In this document: one piece after another, positions 9,025 to 17,928 of the stretch | How the letters are laid out: each line of letters opens with the position of its first letter | How positions within the stretch are numbered: the first letter of the stretch is position 1 | From: an uncultured Treponema sp. | GTDB taxonomy: Bacteria; Spirochaetota; Spirochaetia; Treponematales; Treponemataceae | Assembly (NCBI GenBank): GCA_946185185.1 | Contig: CAMHIV010000001.1 | Coordinates: forward strand, 1 to 56,264 | Direction of reading: 5' to 3' | DNA length: 56,264 nt | Made by a program: the position numbers and the translations under genes | The notes under the pieces: model-generated | Databases searched by the model: none | What the model saw: only the letters and a program-made list of their open reading frames with translations | Told to the model about the DNA's origin: nothing

Positions 9025-10073
9025 TCAGTGGAGTTGTTTTGTTTGCTCTGGCTTTGTCTTTGTGTCAGGCCAAGGCTGCAAAAAATGGTAAATCTGCAAA
9101 GTCCGGTAAAGCTGGTGCTATGCCGGCATGGGTAAATGTTCCGTCTTCTGTGTATCCTTCGGGTGAATACATTGCAGCAGTTGGAAGTGCCCGCGACCGT
9201 TCATCTGCAGAAGTAAAGGCAGTGCAGGCGGTTGCAGCAGTTTTCAATCAGAAAATTGATTCTGCGGAAAAGGCTTCTAACCGCATGATTCAGGCTCGAA
9301 AAGATGGAACTGTAGCTACGGTTCAACTTGCAGAATTTGATCAGCAGGTTTTGCGCTATGTGAATGCGGATGATCTTATTGGAATCGAAGTAAAGGAATT
9401 CTGGAATGATGAAAAGAATTCTACCTGGTACGCAATTGCCGTAATGGAGAAGGCAAAGGGTGCTTCTTTGTATTCGGATTTAATCAAGGCAAATATTTCG
9501 TCTATAAATAGAATGATCGAAAATATAAAAACTGCTTCGATTGATTCCTATGCATATTGTGATTTTGCCATTGAAGTTGCAAAAGTCAACGAAGGCTATT
9601 ATTCACGTCTTTCTGTTATAAAACCGGCTGCTGCAGAGGCTTTAAAGGATGATATGATTTCTTCTAAAAAGCTTCAGGTGCGTGCGCTGGAAATTGCAAA
9701 TTCTATTCCTGTGTGCATTGCTATCGAAAACGATGTTGACGGTCGCTTTGCACAGGCATTTGCGGGCGTTCTTAAGAATCTTGGTTTTAAGACAACCTTT
9801 GATGCTGGTGCACGTTATAAGATTTTAGGAACAGTGTCTTTCTCTGAATCAAAAACTACGGATAATACGAATGTACGCTGCCGATATTCTTTGGACAGCT
9901 ACCTTTTTGATTCTGAAACGCAAAAAAATATAATTCCTTTTACAATCAGCGGGCGCGAAAGTCATACTGTATATTCTGAAGCAAAGGTTAGGGCTGTTCG
10001 TTCAATTGAAAAGAAAATTGCGGAAGACTTTGGCGAAAGCTTACGAAATTATACCAAGCAGTTTTCTAATTAA
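9006..10073 (+). CDS. LPP20-family exported protein
   Basis: Signal peptide; MPAWV..P...YP...YIAAVGSA...AE..A...VA motif. Confidence 0.7.
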   Translation: MLKKKIISGVVLFALALSLCQAKAAKNGKSAKSGKAGAMPAWVNVPSSVYPSGEYIAAVGSARDRSSAEVKAVQAVAAVFNQKIDSAEKASNRMIQARKDGTVATVQLAEFDQQVLRYVNADDLIGIEVKEFWNDEKNSTWYAIAVMEKAKGASLYSDLIKANISSINRMIENIKTASIDSYAYCDFAIEVAKVNEGYYSRLSVIKPAAAEALKDDMISSKKLQVRALEIANSIPVCIAIENDVDGRFAQAFAGVLKNLGFKTTFDAGARYKILGTVSFSESKTTDNTNVRCRYSLDSYLFDSETQKNIIPFTISGRESHTVYSEAKVRAVRSIEKKIAEDFGESLRNYTKQFSN

Positions 10074-12360
10074 CCAAGAATGCCTTTTTGAATTCTTCGG
10101 TTTTGCTCCAATATTTTATGCCCCAGTTTTCAAAATTCCATTCGTCCATGTAGCCGTTGCATTCGTAGTCGATGTAATACAAAAGATTGTTTTGAACCAC
10201 GAAATTGGTCGGATAATAATCTATGTTCAGGCCGGCAGGATAGAGCTTCTGGCACATTTCTTTTAGTTGCCAAAGATAGTTTGTCAGAAGTGAATCCGTT
10301 TTTATAAGTTCCACGACTGTCGGCCCGTCGATATACTCTTTGAGAATGCGTTCGTTTTTTTCATCGATTTCATAGAGCTTTGGAAGGCGGATTCCGATTT
10401 TTGAAAGCCGTTCGTAATCGCTCTTTTCCGCCTGAATTTTGTCGCCGAATTTGTAGTACGGGCAAGGTTCATGGTGAATCTGTTTTAAGACGAAAAGTTT
10501 TCCATCTCGTTCTGCAAGATACGAGTAGCCGCCTTTTCCTTTTCCGAGCAGTTTTTTAATTTTGTAATCCATTCCGTTTACAGAAAGAGTTTTTTCCACC
10601 TGAATAAGAATACTCCCTGCTTTAATTATATCACCTTCAACAGCATTCTGGAAAATTGTCTTTTCCCAGAGAGTTCCGCCGTCTGCAGTAATTTCTAAAT
10701 CTTCGTCCGAGGCATTTATGATTACCCTAAGCTTTTCGCCGTTTGCTTTGTCGCCCTTGATGTATTCAAGGAGCTTTGAGTTTTTGTGAGGAATAAATTC
10801 CAGTTCTTCGGTTCTTGTGGCGCTGTTAGTGTTTCGCACGTTCAAAATCTCTCGGACAGTTTTTAATATCTGCTGACTTTCCGGCTCTTCAAGTTTTTTC
10901 CACGGCATCGGACGGCGGTTGTAAGGCCCGTCACTTCCACCAAGGGCAATTTCTGTTCCGTAGTAAATACACGGTGTTCCCTGCATTGTCATAAGAATCG
11001 TAAGGCGCTGGTAAAACTCGTTTATGTCCTTGCACGAATCGATTAGGCGGCCGGTATCGTGTGTGTCCAGCAGGTTAAAAAGCGCGTCGTTGGTCTGGCG
11101 GTAGTACATGCTGTGAACCCGGTCCAGGGATTCTTTTAAAGGAACGCCGTGCTTGAAAAAACGGCTTACGGCATTTTCAAACGGGTAGTTCATTACAGAA
11201 TGGTATTCATCACCGGAAAGCCACTGAAGTGAATCCGTCCAGATTTCGCCCAAAAGGTATAAGTCCTGGTTTTCTTTTAAAAGTTCGCGGTGAAGTTTTT
11301 TTACGAAGGAGTGGGAAATTTCGTTTGCTACATCAAAACGGATTCCATCAATTTTCCAATTTTTAACCCAGTTACGGCAGATTTCAACAAAATAATCCTG
11401 AACTTCGCTGTTATTCGTATTCAGTTTTGGCATCCCGTGTACAAAGTCGAAAGTGAAGTATCGTCCGTCTTCCGTAGAACTTGTATCATTCGTAACTGGA
11501 AATTTATTGATGAAAAACCAGTCCTTGTATTTAGATTCTTCCTGATTTTTGAGAACATCCTGCCAGTAGATAAAATCTAGTCCGGAATGATTGAAAACGG
11601 CGTCCAGCATAATTCGGATTCCAAGGGAATGAGCTTTTTCAATCAAGGCAATCATTTCTTCTTCTGTGCCGAAGTCCGGGTCAATTTTTGAATAATCGGT
11701 GGTGTTGTATTTGTGGTTTGTAGTTGATTCAAAAATCGGAGTAAGGTAGATTCCCGAAATTCCAAGCTCGTGAAGATATTCGAGTTTGGAAGTGATTCCT
11801 GCAAGGTCACCGCCGTAAAAATCGGTCCATTCCATGTGGCCATCATCGTACCATTCTTTATTTTTGAAACGTTTAAAATGATTTCCAGCCGAGCAGAACC
11901 GTTCCGGGAAGATTTGATACCAGATTGTATCTTTTACCCAGGAAGGAACCTTTACAATGTCGGAAGGATTTATCCACGCCATTTTGAATCTGCTGAAGCC
12001 ATCTGGTGAAGCCTCGTATTCTTCTGCCGGAACGCTTGCGTTTTCAAAAATGTAGTATTTTTCTTTTTTTCCGTCGCTTCTGTTGCAGTGAAGTTCAAAG
12101 TAATATTCTGTTCGCTTATAAGGCGGTTCAACCTTGCAGTTCCAGATATCGTTTTGAGAAAGGGAATATTGTTTTGCCATCGGAACTCTTGCTCCGTTCC
12201 ATATTCCCTTCGTGTGTAAACGATTTGCGGCTGTGTCCTGCCAGATTACAAAAGCTTCAGTTATATCGTGACCAGTTCTAAGATTGATTTCCAGGTGGTC
12301 TTTGTCGTATGCGTAACAGTCATTAAATGAACATCTGTGTGAAATTGCCGAAAGATTCAT
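10066..12360 (-). CDS. GH13 neopullulanase/cyclomaltodextrinase fused to a C-terminal protein-kinase-like domain
   Basis: N-terminal CBM34-like region, WYQIFPERF, DAVFNH, GIRFDVANE, GEIW, DTHD; last ~170 aa carry GKGKGG, VLKQ, DYYPTN, IDYE. Confidence 0.88.
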   Translation of the reverse strand: MNLSAISHRCSFNDCYAYDKDHLEINLRTGHDITEAFVIWQDTAANRLHTKGIWNGARVPMAKQYSLSQNDIWNCKVEPPYKRTEYYFELHCNRSDGKKEKYYIFENASVPAEEYEASPDGFSRFKMAWINPSDIVKVPSWVKDTIWYQIFPERFCSAGNHFKRFKNKEWYDDGHMEWTDFYGGDLAGITSKLEYLHELGISGIYLTPIFESTTNHKYNTTDYSKIDPDFGTEEEMIALIEKAHSLGIRIMLDAVFNHSGLDFIYWQDVLKNQEESKYKDWFFINKFPVTNDTSSTEDGRYFTFDFVHGMPKLNTNNSEVQDYFVEICRNWVKNWKIDGIRFDVANEISHSFVKKLHRELLKENQDLYLLGEIWTDSLQWLSGDEYHSVMNYPFENAVSRFFKHGVPLKESLDRVHSMYYRQTNDALFNLLDTHDTGRLIDSCKDINEFYQRLTILMTMQGTPCIYYGTEIALGGSDGPYNRRPMPWKKLEEPESQQILKTVREILNVRNTNSATRTEELEFIPHKNSKLLEYIKGDKANGEKLRVIINASDEDLEITADGGTLWEKTIFQNAVEGDIIKAGSILIQVEKTLSVNGMDYKIKKLLGKGKGGYSYLAERDGKLFVLKQIHHEPCPYYKFGDKIQAEKSDYERLSKIGIRLPKLYEIDEKNERILKEYIDGPTVVELIKTDSLLTNYLWQLKEMCQKLYPAGLNIDYYPTNFVVQNNLLYYIDYECNGYMDEWNFENWGIKYWSKTEEFKKAFLVN

Positions 12361-12374
12361 AATTACCTCGCCTT

Positions 12375-12421
12375 GTGGTTTCGATTGCCCTTCGAGAGCC
12401 TCAGGGACCGCCCAACCACCG
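12375..12421 (-). repeat. Nested REP-like element
   Basis: Outer GTGGTTTCGATTG...CCCAACCACCG interrupted by the 23-bp unit CCCTTCGAGAGCCTCAGGGACCG (12388-12410). Confidence 0.85.
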
Positions 12422-12517
12422 TATTATTTTTTGCATTTTAATGGCATGACAACAAATAAATCTTGCAATATAATGGCAAAAAATAACATAATAATGTTCT
12501 TTTGTAAGAAGGTTGAG

Positions 12518-13390
12518 ATGTCAAAATTGCAGAACACATATGAAAACAAAATTCACGGGCGCATAGATTTTCCATATATAATTTACAGCGGTCGGCTTCC
12601 AGAATTTTTAAGGTATTTCCCTCTTCACTGGCACGACGAATTTGAACTTATCTGGATTAAAAGCGGAAAGGGATATTTCCGTGTTCTTTCCCAGGAATTT
12701 TTATGTGAAACCGACGACATAATAATCATTCCGCCGGGAGCAATTCATTCTATCCGGCAAATGGACGACGAAGTTTGTATTTATTACAACATTCTTTTTA
12801 AATTTTCACTTTTGGAGCAGGATGAAAAATCTTTTACATATCAAAAATATTTTAAACCTTTTGTGGATGCTGCAAATTTTATTTCATGTGCCCGTTCTGG
12901 AAAGCCTTTGAACAAAAGTCTTCTTCCTGACATAAAATTTCTCATCGATAACCGCCGAGAACATCTTGAAAATAAGGAGTTGATTATAAAATCCCGGCTT
13001 TTTATGATTATGAGCAATTTGCAGTCAGCGTTGATTTCGTCTTCTTCTGAAAATGAAGTAAAAATGCTCGGCCTTGAGCGGCTCAAACCAATTCTTCAAT
13101 ATGTTTCGGATAATTATGGAACTGATATTTCCATTGAAGATGCCGCAGAAATGGCTTCCATGAGTCCAACTTATTTTATGAAGTTTTTCAAAAAACGGCT
13201 GGGAATCACTTTTGTAAATTATCTGAATCAGGTTCGTCTTGAAAATGCCCAGCTTTTCTTAAAAACGAGCGATATGAACATTTCCGAAATTTGCGAAAAA
13301 TGCGGCTTTCACAATTTTTCGTATTTTATTCGTACTTTTAAAAGCGCTTTGGGTTGTACGCCAAAGGATTTCCGAAAGAGAAAAGAATAG
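12518..13390 (+). CDS. AraC family regulator with cupin domain
   Basis: FPLHWHDEFE cupin motif; C-terminal double HTH (CGFHNFSYFIRTFK...TP..FRK); divergent from the GH13 gene. Confidence 0.9.
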   Translation: MSKLQNTYENKIHGRIDFPYIIYSGRLPEFLRYFPLHWHDEFELIWIKSGKGYFRVLSQEFLCETDDIIIIPPGAIHSIRQMDDEVCIYYNILFKFSLLEQDEKSFTYQKYFKPFVDAANFISCARSGKPLNKSLLPDIKFLIDNRREHLENKELIIKSRLFMIMSNLQSALISSSSENEVKMLGLERLKPILQYVSDNYGTDISIEDAAEMASMSPTYFMKFFKKRLGITFVNYLNQVRLENAQLFLKTSDMNISEICEKCGFHNFSYFIRTFKSALGCTPKDFRKRKE

Positions 13391-13411
13391 TCCGTATTCC
13401 TTTGGCTTTAA

Positions 13412-15070
13412 TTATTTTCCTGTGAGCATTTCGTATGTAACGCCGTATTTTTCGGCAATGTCTTTTGCAAAGGAAATGCCTTCCGGAGGGGCAATTTCTA
13501 CTTTGAAAGAACGTTGCCCGTCTTTAGCTTTTACAACGAGAGACGCTGCTTTGAATTTTGGAGAATCTTTGTTAATTTCTTCGATGTCAAAAGCCAGCTT
13601 GTGCATGTGAGTGTTGTAAATTGTTCTGATTCCTTTTGCAAGAATTGCCCGTACAGAATCTTTTGCAATGTAATAGCCTTCTTCAAAAGAGGTTGTTGAA
13701 TAAGTTTCGTTCAAAAGCAGAAGACTTGTTTCTGTGCTTTCTGAATACAGTTCTTTAAAGCGTTTACATTCTTCACCGAGGCGTCCCAAGTCCAGTGTTT
13801 TGTCTTCATCTGCCGGAAAGTGGGTAAAAATTGAATCAACCGGCATAAATTCGAACTTTTTTCCCGGAACGTAGAGTCCTGCCTGTGCTAGCACGAACAG
13901 CAATCCGATTGCCTGGGTGATTGTGGTTTTGCCGCCGCGGTTTGCGCCAGTCAAAATGTAAGCAAGATGTTCTGGTGCAAAGTCCAGGTCGTTGGTAACG
14001 ATTTCTTCCGGGTTTTTATCTTCAAAGGCGGAAACAAGCTTGAAGTTGTATACGCCTTCTGCGTGCATAAAGCATTTTTCTTTGTTTTTCGCAATTTCCG
14101 GCTTGCAGAACTGGAATCCTTTTTTCTGCATGTTTTTTATGTATTCTGCAAAACGGATGTAGAAAATAAATTGAGGAATCAATTCTGTAATTTCTGTAAC
14201 AGGAATGTATACATATTTTTTTAGTGTCGATTTTAATTTGTGAACAATGCTTCCAATCATTGAATTTGCGATTTTATCCATGTGGAAGGTTGCAGTCTGT
14301 GCCCGAGGATCATTTACGCCCGCTATTGCAATCAATTTTGAAAAAATATCGTTGTCTGTTTCCAGTGTATGGAATTTATAATTTTCATCCCAGTTTGTGT
14401 CTTTGTTCAACTGATCTTTTTGAGCGACTTTTTTTACAAATTCGCCGATTACTGTGGAATTTGAAAATGCTTTTTTATTGAACGAAATAAGCCCGATTCC
14501 GTTTGCTTCGTATTTTTCATTCAAGTTGATTCCAAGAGTAATACTTTTAAGATTTTCTGTGGTGGCTTTAAGGGTGGCAACGTCTTTTTTTAGTTCAGCA
14601 AATCCGTTGTCATTGTAGATTTTTGCAACGTGATTCTTAAGGTCGTTCATTCCCTGCGATTTTAGTTGGAAGTCATCAAGACATTCGTGAATGCTTTCTA
14701 CAGATTTGATATAGGTGCTTATCTGCTCCAGATTGTGAAGAAGTTCCCAGGCGGAATTGGTTTCTTCAAAGTGCCCCGAAAATCCGCTGAATCGTTTTTC
14801 GTAATTGATTTTTTCAAGCTGTTCCAAAAGTCTGGAGCTCATCTGCGGATTGTTAAAAATATCGTCAAAAATGTCTGAGCGGTATTTTGTAATTTCCGGA
14901 TTATCAGTCATTTTTGAAAAAATCTGTGAAAACTGCGACCGTTCTTCAGATTTTTCGGTTATTTTGTTGCATATAAAATCGATTCCCAAATCATGAAAGG
15001 ATACGTCTGAAAGGGGTTTGAAGTTTTCTTCTCCGAAAGGAAATAAAAGATTAATTTTGTCCACGCTCAT
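13412..15070 (-). CDS. MutS-related ATPase (domain V, no mismatch-binding domain)
   Basis: ILTGANRGGKTT Walker A, GRLGEE, LLLLNETYSTT, NTHMH, S.AKDIAEKYG. Confidence 0.85.
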   Translation of the reverse strand: MSVDKINLLFPFGEENFKPLSDVSFHDLGIDFICNKITEKSEERSQFSQIFSKMTDNPEITKYRSDIFDDIFNNPQMSSRLLEQLEKINYEKRFSGFSGHFEETNSAWELLHNLEQISTYIKSVESIHECLDDFQLKSQGMNDLKNHVAKIYNDNGFAELKKDVATLKATTENLKSITLGINLNEKYEANGIGLISFNKKAFSNSTVIGEFVKKVAQKDQLNKDTNWDENYKFHTLETDNDIFSKLIAIAGVNDPRAQTATFHMDKIANSMIGSIVHKLKSTLKKYVYIPVTEITELIPQFIFYIRFAEYIKNMQKKGFQFCKPEIAKNKEKCFMHAEGVYNFKLVSAFEDKNPEEIVTNDLDFAPEHLAYILTGANRGGKTTITQAIGLLFVLAQAGLYVPGKKFEFMPVDSIFTHFPADEDKTLDLGRLGEECKRFKELYSESTETSLLLLNETYSTTSFEEGYYIAKDSVRAILAKGIRTIYNTHMHKLAFDIEEINKDSPKFKAASLVVKAKDGQRSFKVEIAPPEGISFAKDIAEKYGVTYEMLTGK

Positions 15071-15107
15071 GGGTATAATCTAGCGTAAAACAGTTTTTGG
15101 TGAAAGG

Positions 15108-15173
15108 GTGAAAGCAAAGGTTATTGACAGTGAAAGCAACGGTCATTGACAGTGAAAGCAACGGTCATTGAGG
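15108..15173. repeat. 22-bp tandem repeat, about 3 copies
   Basis: GTGAAAGCAA(A/C)GGT(T/C)ATTGACA at 15108, 15130 and 15152; the third copy runs into a REP unit. Confidence 0.9.
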
Positions 15174-15248
15174 TTCTCGAAATGACCACGCTGCAAAAAA
15201 AACGGTGGTTTCGGTACTTCGACAAGCTCAGTAACCGCGCAACCACCG
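15162..15248. repeat. REP-like inverted doublet, second member nested
   Basis: CGGTCATTGAGGTTCTCGAAATG at 15162-15184; outer GGTTTCGG...CGCAACCACCG enclosing TACTTCGACAAGCTCAGTAACCG (15215-15237). Confidence 0.88.
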
Positions 15249-15259
15249 TTATTTATTCG

Positions 15260-17623
15260 TTAACAGATTTCGCAGTTATCTGATTTTACAGTTGTAATTG
15301 CTTTGCCGTCGGCAACGAGTTTTACACCGGCAATCTGGGCTGTATGGTCTTTGATTTCGTAGTAACACTTGCAGAACTTGTCGATGTCGATTTTTGCCGG
15401 CTTCTGGAACGATGGATCTGCGCCTTCAAGAACAACTGGTGTTCCGGCTGCAGCCCAAGGAGCTGTCAAAAGTTCAACCTTTTCTTTTCCGTCTTCTGTG
15501 TAATCTGCAGCAAGAAGCATACCGCGGCTTTCAATGCCCTTCATCTTACGTGGAGCAAGGTTAGAAGCAATGATTACGTGCTGACCAAGAAGTTCTTCTT
15601 CTTTAAGATATGGGCGCAAGCCTGACTGAATGATTCTGTCTTCTCCAGAACCGTCATCCATTGTTTCAATATAAAGCTTGTCGCCCTGTGGGTTTGTTTC
15701 TACCTTTTTGATTACAGCAACCTTGAGTTCAACGTGTTCATTAAAGTATGCAGCCTGGTCTTCTGCAAACTTAGGACCTTTTTCCTGAGCAGGAGCTGGT
15801 GCTTTTGGTGCAGGATTTTTTGCAGCAGGTTTTTCTTCTGCTTTAGGTGCTTTCTTTTCTGTTTTTGGAGTAAGCGCCATAAGTTCTTCAAGGTCAAGTT
15901 CGCCACCAATAGCAGGAACTGTGATATTCCAGTTTTCAAGAACCTGTGGATGGATTTCGCCGAATACACCAACCTGTTTGCCGCCTACAGTTACAGCTGC
16001 CTGACGTCCAGGAATAAAGCGTGCATCGTTTGATTCAACAACTTCATATTTGTGATCAAGGAAGTAAAGCAAAGAAGAAACTTCTGCGGCGGCATTGTTA
16101 AAGTTAGCGCCGGCACCAGCTGTTACAAAGCCCATGCACTGTCTTGTGCGTGTACCTGTATTTTCTTCTTCACAAAGATAAGCAACCTTACCGATTTCAA
16201 AAATCTTATGTGGGTAGATTGCGTTTGCCGACTTGCTTTCTGCGCGAAGAAGGCTGCTCAAAATGTCAGAGCGTACAAACTGATAGTTTTCGCTCATCGG
16301 ATTGGCAATTTCAATTACGCGTGCAGGATCAATAAGCATGTTGTCAATAAAGTCTTTCTTTGAGCCGACATAGTTAAAAATCATTTCCTGATAGCCAAGA
16401 CCAACCATCAAAGTTTTTGCCTTGCGTGAATAGTAAGTGATTGGAAGAAGGCGTCCGATTGTAAAGTCATTTGGAGTTTCAGGAGTATAAGTTTCAAGCT
16501 TAGTTCCAATCATAACGTCTTCAATGATGTCTACTTCATGAAGGAAGTCGTTGCGGTATGGAGCCGGGCTGAGAGTAAATACAGAATCGTCATCAACTGA
16601 GCCAGAACCGGTGGTTGAGCTTGTCGAAACCACAACTTTGCTACCCATGCGTGTAAGAGCGTCTACAATTGTTGCATCGTCAAAGTTTGTTCCCAAAAGC
16701 TTATTGATGTGCTTGCGTGTTGCCTTTGTTGTTGGCTGGAAGTAGAACGGAGCAACAACGTTTTTGCCAAAGCAAGTGTCATAAGGATGGCGAACTTCAA
16801 CTGGTTCAATTGAATAACCGCAGTCAGCAAAATCACAAGCAACGATGTTTGCTGCGAGCATAAGGTTTTCCATGTTGTCGCCGGTAAGTTCTACCATAAG
16901 GCCTGTGTCGCCAACCTGTACGTTACCAAGAGTAGCGCTGTTGATGATTGGTGCCATAGAAAGAACTTCGTTTGTATCGTCTGTAAAAAGAGGGAATTTT
17001 TTCAAATCCTGAATAATCCAGCCGAAATCCTTTCCTTTTGGATGTTCTGTCAGAATCTGGCGGCAAGTCATTGGCTGTTCAAAAGTCAAAGGAACAAATG
17101 AAGTCTTGTCCGGGTCTACAGCCTTGTAATGGCAAGGGAATTTGATTTCAGAAACGCGGTAAACGCCCATAGAAATAGACTTGCGTTTGCGTCCAAAGTT
17201 CCAGCAGAGTTTTTCCTGAGTCTGGATGATGTCTTTGAGCATAGGATCGTCGATTGCTTTTCCATTGATTATGAAAGCAACCATGTATGGGCGGATATCT
17301 TTAAGTTCCGGGTCAACTGTAACATAGCGGCCCTTTGTGTCTTTAACGTTGTCTTTTGTAGAAAGGAATGCAGAATAGTCAGTTCCTTTTACACCGCGGT
17401 GAAGTCTGAGCTGGCGTGCAACACCATTTGTAGACCAAAGGTCAGGGCGGTTTGTATCGTTCAATTCGATTTTGATTACGCGTTCGTTTTCTGGCTGTGT
17501 TGTATCAGGCTTTTCATCAAGTTCAGCCTTTGCATATGTAAGTTTCTTTTCAAGTGTTTCGTAGTCGTATTTTTTTTCAAGGAGATTAAAAAAAAGCTGT
17601 TCGTTAACTTCAATCTTTGGCAT
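15260..17623 (-). CDS. pheT: Phenylalanine-tRNA ligase beta subunit (archaeal/spirochete type) with C-terminal tRNA-binding OB domain
   Basis: IELNDTNRPDLWS, QEKLCWNFGRKRKSISMGVY, PYRNDFLHEVDIIEDV, FGEIHPQVLENW; then a K/A/P linker and NLAPRKMKGIESRGMLLAA. Confidence 0.93.
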   Translation of the reverse strand: MPKIEVNEQLFFNLLEKKYDYETLEKKLTYAKAELDEKPDTTQPENERVIKIELNDTNRPDLWSTNGVARQLRLHRGVKGTDYSAFLSTKDNVKDTKGRYVTVDPELKDIRPYMVAFIINGKAIDDPMLKDIIQTQEKLCWNFGRKRKSISMGVYRVSEIKFPCHYKAVDPDKTSFVPLTFEQPMTCRQILTEHPKGKDFGWIIQDLKKFPLFTDDTNEVLSMAPIINSATLGNVQVGDTGLMVELTGDNMENLMLAANIVACDFADCGYSIEPVEVRHPYDTCFGKNVVAPFYFQPTTKATRKHINKLLGTNFDDATIVDALTRMGSKVVVSTSSTTGSGSVDDDSVFTLSPAPYRNDFLHEVDIIEDVMIGTKLETYTPETPNDFTIGRLLPITYYSRKAKTLMVGLGYQEMIFNYVGSKKDFIDNMLIDPARVIEIANPMSENYQFVRSDILSSLLRAESKSANAIYPHKIFEIGKVAYLCEEENTGTRTRQCMGFVTAGAGANFNNAAAEVSSLLYFLDHKYEVVESNDARFIPGRQAAVTVGGKQVGVFGEIHPQVLENWNITVPAIGGELDLEELMALTPKTEKKAPKAEEKPAAKNPAPKAPAPAQEKGPKFAEDQAAYFNEHVELKVAVIKKVETNPQGDKLYIETMDDGSGEDRIIQSGLRPYLKEEELLGQHVIIASNLAPRKMKGIESRGMLLAADYTEDGKEKVELLTAPWAAAGTPVVLEGADPSFQKPAKIDIDKFCKCYYEIKDHTAQIAGVKLVADGKAITTVKSDNCEIC
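16609..16631 (+). repeat. REP-like unit inside the pheT coding sequence
   Basis: CGGTGGTTGAGCTTGTCGAAACC, 22/23 identical to the 6340 unit; read as V-S-T-S-S-T-T-G in PheT. Confidence 0.9.
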
Positions 17624-17665
17624 TTTGTTCCTCGTGTGAGTTCATTATTCAATGTCAATAATTTA

Positions 17666-17745
17666 CGGTCATTGAGCTTGTCGAAATCTGTTTATGTTGC
17701 GAAGGCAACTTCTTTAATATGTGGTTTCGAGAGCCTCAACCACCG
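17666..17745. repeat. REP-like inverted doublet in the pheT 5' UTR
   Basis: CGGTCATTGAGCTTGTCGAAATC (17666-17688, +) and CGGTGGTTGAGGCTCTCGAAACC (17723-17745, -); flanked by the direct repeat TGAGTTCATTATT. Confidence 0.88.
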
Positions 17746-17777
17746 AATGGCATTGAGTTCATTATTTATATGGAAGA

Positions 17778-17806
17778 ATTATAGTTTATTACGCAGAGAG
17801 TTTCAA
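17778..17806 (-). promoter_or_regulatory. Sigma70 promoter of pheT
   Basis: TTGAAA, 17 bp, TATAAT on the minus strand. Confidence 0.75.
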
Positions 17807-17853
17807 TTATTGAACTCTTCTTGATGAGAAAGCATTTTAAACAAATTTCAAAA

Positions 17854-17888
17854 AATATATTGAATTCAATTCGGGAATTCAATATATT
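17854..17888. promoter_or_regulatory. Inverted repeat, candidate MarR operator overlapping the promoter
   Basis: AATATATTGAATTC-N7-GAATTCAATATATT; contains TTGAAT-17-TATATT on both strands. Confidence 0.65.
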
Positions 17889-17928
17889 CAAAAATAGATA
17901 GTTTAATTTTGAATTATTAAATTTTGGA

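Noticed and set aside
15108-15173. Possible mini-CRISPR array
   Set aside because: Repeats are head-to-tail with no unique spacers and no cas genes are present
17624-17777. T-box leader for pheT
   Set aside because: Structure is explained by the REP doublet; no T-box sequence seen
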